A DNA stretch of 62,357 bases, the filler included. It is 3 parts of 3 records of this genome, joined end to end, with 100 filler letters (N's around TTAATTAATTAA, not from the genome) between each part and the next. Parts side by side here need not be neighbours in the genome. Positions count along the whole stretch, not along the records: positions 1 to 24,312 come from SRR20825006_269; 2 more parts are not named here. One strand, written 5' to 3'. The notes under the pieces are model-generated. The model was not told the origin of the DNA. It did no database searches and saw only the letters and a program-made list of their open reading frames with translations. Made by a program: the position numbers and the translations under genes. How positions within the stretch are numbered: position 1 is the stretch's first letter; each line of letters begins with the position of its first letter. This document shows positions 1-9,899 of this stretch, piece after piece.

Positions 1-1
1 T

Positions 2-358
2 TACTTCCCCGGCTGGCACCAGCAGTCCACGTCCAACGAATTGCTGATCAACATGGACAAGTGGAACGAGCTGTCCGACGCTCAGCAAGCAATGCTTGAA
101 ATCTCGTGCGACAAGAACGTAACGGACATGATCGCCGATGGCGAAGCGTCCCAGTTCGAGGCCATGATCGCCAATGAGAAGGACGGCGTGGAAAACGTCA
201 CCTGGCCGGACGAGATCCTCGACCAGTTGCGTGGCGCTTGGAATGAGGTTCTTGCCGAAGAACTGGTGGCTAACCCGGACGTGAAGGTTCTGTGGGACAG
301 CTACACAAAGTTCCACGAAGGCTTCAAGGTCTGGGGTGACCGCGGCTACCTGAAATAA
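2..358 (+). CDS. dctP: TRAP transporter substrate-binding protein (DctP/TakP type), 5'-truncated
   Basis: Frame is open from the window edge (YFPGWHQQ...ELLINMDKWNELS), a typical TRAP SBP C-terminus; lies upstream of DctQ and DctM. Confidence 0.85.
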   Translation, partial: YFPGWHQQSTSNELLINMDKWNELSDAQQAMLEISCDKNVTDMIADGEASQFEAMIANEKDGVENVTWPDEILDQLRGAWNEVLAEELVANPDVKVLWDSYTKFHEGFKVWGDRGYLK

Positions 359-370
359 GACCGACGCATG

Positions 371-401
371 CGGGGGTCCCTTCGGGGACTCCCGTCTCTT
401 T
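371..401 (+). terminator. Stem-loop between dctP and dctQ (terminator or mRNA stabiliser)
   Basis: cgggggtccc-TTCG-gggactcccg followed by tctcttt. Confidence 0.6.
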
Positions 402-510
402 CTGTGCGTCCCGCCTTTGGGCGTGCCGGACATACCGGTAGCGCTCTTCCAGCGCATCAAGCACAGCCGCCAGACTGTGCCCCCTCCATTAGGAAATCGA
501 GGTTTCAGAT

Positions 511-1125
511 ATGAAAGCCGCACTGGATATTGCGAGCGTTCTGGATCGCTTCTCCCGCAAGGCGGGCCAGGCTGGAGCCTGGCTTATCCTGCCGCTCGTC
601 TTCATCATCATGTTCGACGTAATCACCCGCAAGGTCGACTTCATCAGGCTTTATTTTTCAGAGTTCTCCATCGATTACGGCTATTCCGTATCCACTATTC
701 TGCAGGACCTGGAATGGCATCTGCACGGCATCATCCTGTTGACAACCTTCGGCTTCGCTTATCTCGCCAACGCCCATGTTCGCGTCGACGTGTTCCGTGA
801 ACACATCCATCCGCGCAAGCAGGCATGGCTTGAATTTATTGGCTTGTTAGTCATGGCCGTTCCCTTCCTCTTTCTGGTCGGCTGGCAATCCTGGATCCTC
901 ATGGAGATTTCCTACCATCAGGGCGAAGGCTCGGAATCCCTGACCGGTATCCCGTGGCGCTATGTCATCAAGTCTTTCATGATCATTGGCGTGGTTGTGT
1001 TGAGCATGGCCGTGGTGGCCACGCTGTGCCGCCTCGCCGTCTATTTGTTCGGCTCCCGCAAAGAACATGATGAAGCGCGCGAGTCGCTCGAGATCTTCAA
1101 CTACGAACATCACCGGCCGGAATGA
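511..1125 (+). CDS. dctQ: TRAP transporter small permease
   Basis: Four TM segments, LEWHL and HVRVDVF motifs. Confidence 0.9.
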   Translation: MKAALDIASVLDRFSRKAGQAGAWLILPLVFIIMFDVITRKVDFIRLYFSEFSIDYGYSVSTILQDLEWHLHGIILLTTFGFAYLANAHVRVDVFREHIHPRKQAWLEFIGLLVMAVPFLFLVGWQSWILMEISYHQGEGSESLTGIPWRYVIKSFMIIGVVVLSMAVVATLCRLAVYLFGSRKEHDEARESLEIFNYEHHRPE

Positions 1126-1176
1126 AAAATGAACAAAGAAAAACCGGCAATCTCCTGGGGGGCAACGCGGTAACCG

Positions 1177-2781
1177 ATGTTTGAAGCTCTTTACGACCAC
1201 ATGTACGAATTCATAGGGGCGTACATGTTTCTCGCCCTGGCGCTGATGCTGTTCACCGGGCTTCCCGTCGCGTTCGCGCTTGGCGGGGTTGCCGTCGGGT
1301 TCGGCGCTCTCGGAATCTGGCTCGATGTGCTCGATTTCGCGGTCTTTTTCCAGGTCATTCAACGGATCTGGGGCGGAGACGGGGCGTCCGGAGCAATCCA
1401 GAACCCGATCCTGGTCGCCATTCCCTGTTTTGTCTTCATGGGCACCATGCTTGAACGGTCCCGCGTGGCCGAGGATCTGCTGCATATCCTGCAGGTGCTG
1501 TTCCGGCGGGTCCCGGGAGCGCTCGCGCTCGCGGTGACGGTCATGGGCACCATCATGGCCGCGACCACCGGCATCATCGGCGCCTCCGTCGTCATGATGA
1601 CGCTGATGGCGCTGCCGACGATGATCTCGCAGAAATATGACCGGTCGCTCGCCACCGGTACGCTCGCGGCCAGTGCCACACTTGGCATTCTGATTCCGCC
1701 GTCGATCATGCTGGTGTTGATGGGCAGCCTGCTCGCGGTCTCGGTCGGCAACCTTTTCATCGGCGCCATCTTCCCGGGCCTCGTACTGTCCGGCCTCTAT
1801 GTCGCCTACATCGTGACCATGGGCATCATCTCTCCGGAGAAAGCCCCCGCGATCGCCGACGATGCCATTCAGATGGAGCCGAGCAACAAGGCGAATATCG
1901 CCAAATTCTTCGGCTTCAGTGTTGTCGCAATCGGCTTCTGCTACGTCATGGAACAGAGCCATCTCGCGGACATCTTCAACTGGGGCCTGATCGGTTTCCT
2001 GATGGTCTTCGGTATCTCGATGATCATCGGCCGGATGGAGGGCGACAGCTATCTTGGCGGTGTCCTGAAAGGTTTCGTGCCCCCGATCTTCCTGATCACC
2101 CTGGTGCTTGGCTCCATCTTCGCCGGCTGGGCCACGCCGACCGAGGCGGCGGGTGTCGGTGCGTTCGGCTCACTGATCCTTGCCGTTTCGAACGGGACAC
2201 TGACCCGGGACGTGCTCCGGGACGTGGTGCACCGCACCGGTCTCACGACGGCGATGATCTTCCTGATCTTCGTCGGCGCCACGGCCTTCTCGACGATCTT
2301 CCGGAACGTCTATGGCGAAGACCTGATCATCGAGTTCATCGAGTGGCTTCAGCTTGGCCCCTGGCCGCTGCTGTTCATGCTGATGTTTGTGGTCTTTATT
2401 CTCGGCTTCTTCTTCGACTGGCTGGAAATCACCCTGATCATCCTCCCGGTCTTTGCGCCGGTGATCCAGACCATGGCCCCGGCCTTCGCGCCCCATCTCG
2501 GGCTGGAAGCACCGACCAACAACGCACAGCTCGAATTCGTGCAACAGCAGGTAATCTACTGGTTCGCGATCATTGTAGCGATCAATCTGCAGACATCGTT
2601 CCTGACACCACCCTTCGGTTTCGCGCTCTTCTATATGAAGGGTGTGGCCAAGGAGATGGTCTCGATGCAGCAGATCTACAAAGGCATCATCCCCTTCGTC
2701 ATCCTGCAGCTGATCGGTCTCTCCATTGTGGTTGCCTGGCCGGAAATCACACTCTGGCTGCCCAGCGTGTTGCTGGATTAA
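1177..2781 (+). CDS. dctM: TRAP transporter large permease
   Basis: GLPVAFALGG, LGILIPPSIMLV, ATPTEAAGVGA and NLQTSFLTPPFGFALFY motifs. Confidence 0.95.
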   Translation: MFEALYDHMYEFIGAYMFLALALMLFTGLPVAFALGGVAVGFGALGIWLDVLDFAVFFQVIQRIWGGDGASGAIQNPILVAIPCFVFMGTMLERSRVAEDLLHILQVLFRRVPGALALAVTVMGTIMAATTGIIGASVVMMTLMALPTMISQKYDRSLATGTLAASATLGILIPPSIMLVLMGSLLAVSVGNLFIGAIFPGLVLSGLYVAYIVTMGIISPEKAPAIADDAIQMEPSNKANIAKFFGFSVVAIGFCYVMEQSHLADIFNWGLIGFLMVFGISMIIGRMEGDSYLGGVLKGFVPPIFLITLVLGSIFAGWATPTEAAGVGAFGSLILAVSNGTLTRDVLRDVVHRTGLTTAMIFLIFVGATAFSTIFRNVYGEDLIIEFIEWLQLGPWPLLFMLMFVVFILGFFFDWLEITLIILPVFAPVIQTMAPAFAPHLGLEAPTNNAQLEFVQQQVIYWFAIIVAINLQTSFLTPPFGFALFYMKGVAKEMVSMQQIYKGIIPFVILQLIGLSIVVAWPEITLWLPSVLLD

Positions 2782-2803
2782 CCCCAGCCTGCAACGAGAT
2801 AAG

Positions 2804-2831
2804 AAAGCGCCCGGCATTGCCGGGCGCTTTT
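2804..2831. terminator. Bidirectional intrinsic terminator
   Basis: aaagcgcccggca-t-tgccgggcgctttt between convergent genes. Confidence 0.8.
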
Positions 2832-2856
2832 GCATTGAGGTTCATTGAGGGCGATT

Positions 2857-3984
2857 TCAGCTCTCTGAAAACTCAGCCCGGATCGCATCGCCATGCTGAC
2901 CAAGTGACGGCACCGGCCCGAAGGACATATCCGCCCCGACGAACTGTGCCGGGGGCGCCACCACATCGATGGTGCCAACCGGGGTTTCAACCGGCACCTG
3001 CCGCAATGCCGGATGCTCCAGCACGTCGGCAACGCTGTTGATGGCCCCGAAGGCGATGCCCGCCGCCGTCAGTTTCTCCTTCACCTGATCACGGGTCAGC
3101 CTGCCGAAGACGCCGTTGATCGCATCGTTCATCGCCCCGCGATTGGCCACCCGGTCGGTGTTCGTGCGGAACCGCTCGTCATCCGCGATCCCTTCATCCC
3201 CGAGCGCGTCCTTACAGAAGCGGCGCCACTCCCGGTCGTTCTGCACGGCGATCAGAATCATGTCCCCGCCGGCACAGACATAGGCACCGTAAGGCGCGAT
3301 GGCCGGATGGCTGAGACCGATCCGCTGTTCCTTCAGCACGCCATAGGCCTGATGCAGCAACCAGGGCGACATCCATTCGGTCATGCCGCCAAAGAGCGAC
3401 AACTTGATCTGGCTGCCCTCACCCGTCCGCTCCCGCAGCAGCAACGCCTCAAGCACGGCCGTCCGGGCGAACATGCCGCAGGCGATATCGCAGATCGAAA
3501 CACCGACCCGGCCCATCTCCTCTTTCGAGCCGGTGACCGAAATCAACCCGCTCTCCGCCTGGACCAGAAAGTCATAGGCCTTCATGGCGGCATAGGGACC
3601 TTCGTCCCCATAGCCGCTGATATCCACCGTGGTCAGCCGGGGGTAGCGTTTGCGGAGATCGTCGGAGCCGAGACCAAGACGGTCCGTCGCGCCCGGCGCC
3701 AGGTTCTGCAGGAAAACGTCGGCCTTGCTCATGATCCTGTGCAGCAGAGCCAGATCGTCCGGATTTTTCAGATCCGCGACCAGACTTTCCTTGCCCCGGT
3801 TGAGCCACATGAAAAAGGCGCTCTCGCCCTTTATCTCATGGTCATAGCCGCGTGCGAAGTCTCCCTCGGCGCGTTCGATCTTGATCACGCGGGCACCGGC
3901 ATCGGCCAGGCGGGAGGCGCAATAGGGCGCCGCCACCGCCTGATCGATGGAAAGCACCAGCATGCCGTCGAGCGGCTTTGTCAT
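2857..3984 (-). CDS. CaiB/BaiF family III CoA-transferase
   Basis: AAPYCASRLADAGARVIKIE, NRGKES, NLAPG and SGYG...YD motifs. Confidence 0.93.
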   Translation of the reverse strand: MTKPLDGMLVLSIDQAVAAPYCASRLADAGARVIKIERAEGDFARGYDHEIKGESAFFMWLNRGKESLVADLKNPDDLALLHRIMSKADVFLQNLAPGATDRLGLGSDDLRKRYPRLTTVDISGYGDEGPYAAMKAYDFLVQAESGLISVTGSKEEMGRVGVSICDIACGMFARTAVLEALLLRERTGEGSQIKLSLFGGMTEWMSPWLLHQAYGVLKEQRIGLSHPAIAPYGAYVCAGGDMILIAVQNDREWRRFCKDALGDEGIADDERFRTNTDRVANRGAMNDAINGVFGRLTRDQVKEKLTAAGIAFGAINSVADVLEHPALRQVPVETPVGTIDVVAPPAQFVGADMSFGPVPSLGQHGDAIRAEFSES

Positions 3985-3999
3985 GACATCCTCCCCCGC

Positions 4000-5163
4000 T
4001 CAGTAGGAACGCGGCAGGCCAAGCACATGCTCGGCGAGGAAGGACAGGATCATGTTGGTAGAGATCGGCGCCGTGCGGTACAGCCGGGCCTCGCGGAACT
4101 TGCGCTCCACATCATATTCCTCGGCAAACCCGAAACCGCCATGGGTTTGCAGGCAGGTATCCGCAGCGTCCCAGGCAGCTTCCGCCGTCAGCAGCTTCGC
4201 CATGTTGGACTCGGGGCCACACGGCTCACCGGCCTCGAACAGCTTGGCCGCCTTCTCCGCCATCAGGGCCGCAGCCTCGGTCGCGGCAAAGGCTTTCGCG
4301 ATCGGGAACTGCACGCCCTGGTTCTGCCCGATCGGGCGGCCGAACACTTTCCGGTCATTGGCGTAATTCGTCGCCTTCTCGATGAACCAGCGGGCATCGC
4401 CGATGCTCTCATGCGAGATCAGGATGCGCTCGGCGTTCATGCCATCGAGGATATAACGGAAGCCCTTTCCCTCCTCACCGATCAGATTCTCGGCGGGCAC
4501 TTCGAGATTGTCGAAGAAGACTTCCGTCGTCGCATGATTGACCATCGCGCGGATTGGCTGGATTTCCAGCCCGTTACCCTTCGCCTCGCGCATATCGACG
4601 ATGAAGACGGACAGGCCGTCTGTACGTTTCTTCACCTCATCCTTCGGCGTGGTCCGGGCAAGCAGCAGCATCAGGTCGGAATGCTCTGCGCGCGAGGTCC
4701 AGACCTTCTGGCCATTCACGACATATTTGTCGTTACCCTTTTTCACCGCCGTGGTGGAGAGGGAAAGCGTATCGGTGCCGCTGGTCGGCTCCGTCACCCC
4801 GAAAGCCTGCAGGCGCAGCTCCCCGCTGGCGATCTTCGGCAGATATTTCTTCTTCTGCTCCTCGTTCCCGTGCCGGAGCAGGCTGCCCATGATGTACATC
4901 TGGGCATGACAGGCGCCGCCATTACAGCCGGATTTGTGGATTTCCTCGAGGATCGCCGCAGCCGCGCTGATGGACAGCCCGCTGCCACCATATTCTTCCG
5001 GGATAAGAACGGCGAGGTAACCGGACTCGGTCAGTGCCTGGACGAATTCCGTTGGATAGGCGCGCTCCCGGTCCTTCTCCCGCCAGTATTCCCCCGGAAA
5101 ATCCGCGCAGAGCGCCTGAACGGCACGCCTGATCTCGGCGATAACATCGCTGTCCGTACTCAT
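4000..5163 (-). CDS. Acyl-CoA dehydrogenase
   Basis: IPEEYGGSG, FGVTEPTSGTD, NGQKVWTS, FGRPIGQNQGVQF and HGGFGFAEEYDVER motifs. Confidence 0.95.
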   Translation of the reverse strand: MSTDSDVIAEIRRAVQALCADFPGEYWREKDRERAYPTEFVQALTESGYLAVLIPEEYGGSGLSISAAAAILEEIHKSGCNGGACHAQMYIMGSLLRHGNEEQKKKYLPKIASGELRLQAFGVTEPTSGTDTLSLSTTAVKKGNDKYVVNGQKVWTSRAEHSDLMLLLARTTPKDEVKKRTDGLSVFIVDMREAKGNGLEIQPIRAMVNHATTEVFFDNLEVPAENLIGEEGKGFRYILDGMNAERILISHESIGDARWFIEKATNYANDRKVFGRPIGQNQGVQFPIAKAFAATEAAALMAEKAAKLFEAGEPCGPESNMAKLLTAEAAWDAADTCLQTHGGFGFAEEYDVERKFREARLYRTAPISTNMILSFLAEHVLGLPRSY

Positions 5164-5205
5164 ATTTCCTCCCGTTGCAGCTCGTACACGGCCGCAATCT
5201 GGTTT

Positions 5206-6051
5206 TCAGTCTGGTTTCAGTTTGAAGATAGCAAGCCGGACAGCAATCCGGCCCTCCTTCAAATTGCGATAGATGTGTTTCTGCTTCTGGACGAAGGACT
5301 CGCCCATGATGACCGGCGCACCTGTCGGCGGCTCCGGCTCGCCCTTTTCCACGCGCAACTGACGTGCCGCACGTTGATCGTCGAGATAGGTCTCGACCAG
5401 GGCTGACTGATCTTCCGACCGTTCGGTTATCAGACCAGCGGCATTCACCGCCTCCTCAACCGCATCGGCCGTGATCAGATGGCTGTGTTCAGGAAGAGTG
5501 GCCCAAGGGACGGGCATATGGATCGGCTCTCCCGATCCGGCAACCACGTCATAAAGCCCGAACCTGCCGCCCGGCTTCAGAACCCGGGCGATTTCGCGAT
5601 AGAGCCCCGCCTTGTCGGCGATGTTCATCGCCACATGCAGGGTAAAAATTACATCGAAACTGTTGTCGGGGAACGGCATGGCGAGTGCGTCGCCCTGCTC
5701 GATCCGGATCATCTCCAGCCCGACCAGCGCATTGAGCTGCCGGGCGCTGTCACAAAACGCCTCGGTCAGATCGATACCGGTGACGTCCGCGCTATAACGG
5801 CTCGCGGCCATACGGGCCGGGCCACCAAGACCGCAACCGACATCCAGCACCTTGTCCCCGGCCTTGATATCGAGACTGTCGAGAAATTCCCGCGCCGCCG
5901 TCCGGCCGCGCAGATGCATCTGATCGACGGAATGCAGATCCGCTTCGGTAATCCGGTCCCGGCTGAGACCGGAGGCTTCAAGAATTGCGATCAACCGGTC
6001 CGCCAGCCCATCCGAGCTGTAATGCGAGGTGACGTCCGGCAGATCCGCCAT
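5206..6051 (-). CDS. Class I SAM-dependent methyltransferase
   Basis: VLDVGCGLGG, GDALAMPFPDNSFD and RVLKPGG motifs; start placed at MADLPDV just after the dgcA stop. Confidence 0.88.
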   Translation of the reverse strand: MADLPDVTSHYSSDGLADRLIAILEASGLSRDRITEADLHSVDQMHLRGRTAAREFLDSLDIKAGDKVLDVGCGLGGPARMAASRYSADVTGIDLTEAFCDSARQLNALVGLEMIRIEQGDALAMPFPDNSFDVIFTLHVAMNIADKAGLYREIARVLKPGGRFGLYDVVAGSGEPIHMPVPWATLPEHSHLITADAVEEAVNAAGLITERSEDQSALVETYLDDQRAARQLRVEKGEPEPPTGAPVIMGESFVQKQKHIYRNLKEGRIAVRLAIFKLKPD

Positions 6052-6059
6052 GAGACGCT

Positions 6060-7046
6060 TTAGCCCCAGGTTCCGAATTCGGGAGGCTGAATGATGCTGC
6101 CCTGATAGGTCAGCCCCGGCTCCCGGTCTTTCGCCAGCAGCAGCGGCCCGTCGAGATCGACCACGGCACACCCCTGTGCCACGAGCACGCCCGGTGCCAT
6201 GGCAAGCGAGGTGCCGACCATGCAGCCAACCATCACCTCGAAGCCCATCTCCAGGGCCTTGTCGCGCAACACCAGCGCCTCGGTCAGACCGCCGGTCTTG
6301 TCGAGCTTGATGTTGATCATGTCGTATTTACCGACAAGCGCATCGAGGGTCTTGCTGTCGTGGCAGCTCTCATCGGCGCAGACCGGGACAACCCGGTCGA
6401 GACCGCGCAGCCCTTCATCGTCAGCGGCGGGCAGCGGCTGCTCGATCATGACGACACCGAGTTCGGCGAATTTCGGCGCGTATTCCTGATACTGCGCCAC
6501 GGTCCAGCCTTCGTTGGCATCGACCACGAGCTTTGCATTCGGGGCGTTCTTGTGGATCAGGGCGACCCGCTCCAGATCCTTCTCATCCCCGGTCATCTTC
6601 AGCTTCAGAACCGGGCGAGCCGCATTCTCAGCCGCTTTCGCGCCCATCACGTCCGGCTCGTCCACGCCAAGCGTGAAGACGGTCGTGACCGGCTTCGGCT
6701 CGGACAGGCCGGCAAGTTCCCAAGCCCGTTTGCCGGTTTGTTTTGCTTCAAGATCCCAGAGGGCGCAGTCGATGGCGTTACGTGCGGCTCCCGGTGCGAG
6801 CGCCGCCGCCAGACCGGCACGATCCATGCCGTTGGCAAGTTCACCCGCAACGGACTCGATCTGGGCCGCAACGCTGTCCAGCGTCTCCCCGTAGCGCTTG
6901 TAGGGAAAGCATTCGCCCATGCCGGCGACATCGTCGCCGGCAATTTCCACCACAATGACTTCCGACTCTGTCCGGGCGCCCCGGGAGATCCGGAAGACGC
7001 CCTGCAGCGGCCAGCTTTCACGACGGACGGTGACCGACCTGTACAT
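6060..7046 (-). CDS. dgcA: N-acetyl-D-Glu racemase DgcA / dipeptide epimerase (enolase superfamily)
   Basis: FRISRG, KLK, DANEGW, EQP, DES, NIKLDKTGG and DLDG motifs; adjacent to a DUF1611 gene. Confidence 0.82.
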   Translation of the reverse strand: MYRSVTVRRESWPLQGVFRISRGARTESEVIVVEIAGDDVAGMGECFPYKRYGETLDSVAAQIESVAGELANGMDRAGLAAALAPGAARNAIDCALWDLEAKQTGKRAWELAGLSEPKPVTTVFTLGVDEPDVMGAKAAENAARPVLKLKMTGDEKDLERVALIHKNAPNAKLVVDANEGWTVAQYQEYAPKFAELGVVMIEQPLPAADDEGLRGLDRVVPVCADESCHDSKTLDALVGKYDMINIKLDKTGGLTEALVLRDKALEMGFEVMVGCMVGTSLAMAPGVLVAQGCAVVDLDGPLLLAKDREPGLTYQGSIIQPPEFGTWG

Positions 7047-7074
7047 CGACTGCTCCTCTTGCGTTGGGATAGGC

Positions 7075-8076
7075 CTAAAGCGGCATGTTATCGACGATGG
7101 CACCGACACCGTTGCGGATCGGATCCACAGCCGGCAGGCCCGTCTCGTCGCTGGCCTTCTTCAGGAACTCCTCGGCAGCCTTGTCGTCCAGGCTGGAGGT
7201 GTTCACGCAAACACCGACGAACTGCGCATCCGGGTTCGTCAGGCGGGCAGCCTGCAGATAGTACGGAATGCATTCGGTCAGGCTCGGCACCTTGTATTCC
7301 GGCAGACCGCGCATGTGCGGGCGGTTGGCTTCGTGACAAAGCACCAGAGCATCCGGCTGGGCGCCATGGATCAGCCCCATGGTGACGCCCGCATAGGACG
7401 CGTGGAACAACGAGCCCTGGCCTTCGACCAGATCCCAATGATCCGCATCGTTGGCCGGTGCCAGCTCTTCGACCGCACCGGAAATGAAGTCGGCGACAAC
7501 CGCATCGACGGAAACGCCGGAGCCGGCGATGAAGATGCCGGTCTGGCCTGTCGCCCGGAAGGTCGCCTTCACATTACGATTGTGCAGCTCCCGCTCGATG
7601 GCGAGGGCGGTGAACATCTTGCCGACGGAGCAGTCGGTGCCGACCGGAAGCAGCCGCTTGCCGGTGCGCTTCTTGCCGTTTGCGACGGAAAAGGTGCCGG
7701 TCGGATGGCGCACGTCATAAAGGCCGAGGCCCTTTTCCTTCGCCTTGGCCGCCAGCGACGGGATGGTGCTGATACGGGTATGCAGGCCGCTGGCGATCTC
7801 CATGCCGAGATCGAGCGCCTTTTCCAGCTCGACGAGCCAGGTATCCGGCATGAAGCCGCCACGATTGGCAACGCCGAGAATGACGGTCTTCACACCGGCT
7901 TCGGCTGCTTCCTCGATAGTCATGTCCGGAAGTTTCAGGTCCGCGTTGCAGCCCGGCAGGCGGAACTGACCGACGCACCAGTCTTCGCGCCAGACCTTCA
8001 CACCATTGGCGGTCTTTGCTGCGAGCTGATCGGGCGCATCGCCCAGGAACATAAGATAAGGATTGCGGATTTCCAC
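7075..8076 (-). CDS. dgcN: DUF1611 family D-Glu N-acetyltransferase DgcN-like protein
   Basis: PYLMFLGD, AAKTANG, GTDCSVGKM, ATGQTG, VEGQGSL and HGAQPD motifs; GTG start chosen. Confidence 0.82.
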   Translation of the reverse strand: MEIRNPYLMFLGDAPDQLAAKTANGVKVWREDWCVGQFRLPGCNADLKLPDMTIEEAAEAGVKTVILGVANRGGFMPDTWLVELEKALDLGMEIASGLHTRISTIPSLAAKAKEKGLGLYDVRHPTGTFSVANGKKRTGKRLLPVGTDCSVGKMFTALAIERELHNRNVKATFRATGQTGIFIAGSGVSVDAVVADFISGAVEELAPANDADHWDLVEGQGSLFHASYAGVTMGLIHGAQPDALVLCHEANRPHMRGLPEYKVPSLTECIPYYLQAARLTNPDAQFVGVCVNTSSLDDKAAEEFLKKASDETGLPAVDPIRNGVGAIVDNMPL

Positions 8077-8200
8077 GACGTCACCTTGGCAAAAATGTGG
8101 TTGCGCATTGCCCCGGACGGGGCACGAATTAACCCGTGCCTGCGTCCAGGGGAGTTTTGTCGACCTTTGTCCGGCCACCCTTGGGGGGCGGCGCGTTTGG

Positions 8201-9889
8201 TCAGGTCTCCTCTAGATGGACTTCGTGGTCACTTTTGGCTGCCACTTTCCATCCGGACGCTGCACTTCGCCAGAGAAGATAGGCGGAAAGTGCCAGCAGC
8301 GCTACTCCGATAATCGGCCGGACAAAGCCTTCCATCATGAAGAGCGGGACCGAGACCGCAGCCAGCAGAACCGGGATATAGGCCAGGGTCCAGGCTTTGG
8401 TTTCCCGCGCCTTCTGATACCAGGGGAAGCCGATCGAAAAGAGCGACACAATCAGGAAGAAGAGCGACCACGGCCGGGTGATGAACAGCATCAGATCGCT
8501 GTCCGTCGCCAGGGACCGCGACAGGTTGAGCTCCGCCACATGCCCAAGCACCACGCCAAGAATGATCGGCGCCAGCGGAAAGCCGAGTTGCCGCATGACG
8601 TAGCCGACGATTCCGAACGAGAACAGCACCCAGATATCATAGGTGATGTTGTTCAGGGCAAAGACACCGATAGCGCAATAGGCCAGGATCACCGAGGCCA
8701 GCATATACATCGGAATCCGTGTCACCATCACGAACAGCCGCAGCGTCACGGACTGCATCGCGATCATGATGAAGTGGGCCAGGAAGAATGCGACGAAGAT
8801 CGCATAGGCCAGATCCGGATTATCGGTGATGAAGGTCGGGCTTGGCTGAACATTGTGAATCAGCAGAGCGCCGAGCATGACGGCGGTAATGATGTCGCCG
8901 GGAATGCCGAGAGCCATCATGGTGATCAGGGCACCACCGGCTGTCGCGTTGTTCGATGCCTCGGGCGCGACGATACCGTCCGGCGTTCCCGTTCCGAATT
9001 TCTCGGGCGTCTTGGATGCCTTCTTCGCCTGATCATAGGCAAGGATGTTCGAAATCGAGCTACCGGCTGCAGGAAGTACACCGGTGAAAACGCCGATGAA
9101 GGAAGACCGGAGCAGGTTCGTCCAGCGTGACAGCACCATCTTGATGGCGTTCACATGCTCGATACGGACCCGGGCATCCGCGCCGCGTGCATCCATCAAG
9201 GGCAGCCGGGCCTTCACCCGGTCCTGCAGATCGGACAAAAGCTGGCTGAAGGCGAAAAGCCCGATCAGGACCGGCAAAAAGGTAAAGCCGGATTCAAGAT
9301 CCTCGAACCCGAAGCTGAAACGCGCGACGCCGTTCACTTCATCCTCGCCGACCGTGGCGATGAAAAGGCCGAGCGCTCCGGCGATCATGCCTTTGACCAG
9401 GTTTTCCCCGGACAGGCTCGCCGTGATGGTCAGTGCGAAAAGCACGAGTGAGAAGTAATCCCACGGACCGAACTCAAGGCCAATCACGGCCAGGCGCGGA
9501 GCCAGAGTGACGAGCAGGACCGCACTGAACATGCCACCGAAGAAGGACGACCAGACGCCAAGCCCGAGCGCGAGGCCCGGCTTGCCGTTCCGCGCCATCG
9601 GGAAACCGTCGAATGTCGTCGCGATGGAGGACGGCGTTCCCGGAATCCCCGTCAGCATGCCCGACATCAAACCGCCTGACAGACCGCCGACATAAACGCC
9701 GATCATGGTCGAAAGACCTTCAACCGGGCTCAGCCCGAAAGTGAAAGGCAGCGTCAGAACGACAGCCATGGCGATGGTGAAGCCCGGGATCGCTCCAGCG
9801 ATCAAACCGGCCGTGACGCCGACTGTCATCAGCACCAGGTTCCACGGCGCGAAGACATCGGCGAAGGCGTACATAAGAGTGTCGATCAT
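8201..9889 (-). CDS. tctA: Tripartite tricarboxylate transporter permease TctA
   Basis: GAIPG, IPGTPSS..TTFDGFPMA, APEASNNA and LGIPGD motifs. Confidence 0.95.
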   Translation of the reverse strand: MIDTLMYAFADVFAPWNLVLMTVGVTAGLIAGAIPGFTIAMAVVLTLPFTFGLSPVEGLSTMIGVYVGGLSGGLMSGMLTGIPGTPSSIATTFDGFPMARNGKPGLALGLGVWSSFFGGMFSAVLLVTLAPRLAVIGLEFGPWDYFSLVLFALTITASLSGENLVKGMIAGALGLFIATVGEDEVNGVARFSFGFEDLESGFTFLPVLIGLFAFSQLLSDLQDRVKARLPLMDARGADARVRIEHVNAIKMVLSRWTNLLRSSFIGVFTGVLPAAGSSISNILAYDQAKKASKTPEKFGTGTPDGIVAPEASNNATAGGALITMMALGIPGDIITAVMLGALLIHNVQPSPTFITDNPDLAYAIFVAFFLAHFIMIAMQSVTLRLFVMVTRIPMYMLASVILAYCAIGVFALNNITYDIWVLFSFGIVGYVMRQLGFPLAPIILGVVLGHVAELNLSRSLATDSDLMLFITRPWSLFFLIVSLFSIGFPWYQKARETKAWTLAYIPVLLAAVSVPLFMMEGFVRPIIGVALLALSAYLLWRSAASGWKVAAKSDHEVHLEET

Positions 9890-9899
9890 CGCGCTCGTC

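Noticed and set aside
3013-5406. 797-aa plus-strand ORF, and similar long ORFs at 847-1962, 6919-8313, 16184-17836, 20853-22808 and 25239-26441
   Set aside because: They are antisense shadows of well-supported genes, expected with GC-rich codon bias, and show no recognisable motifs.
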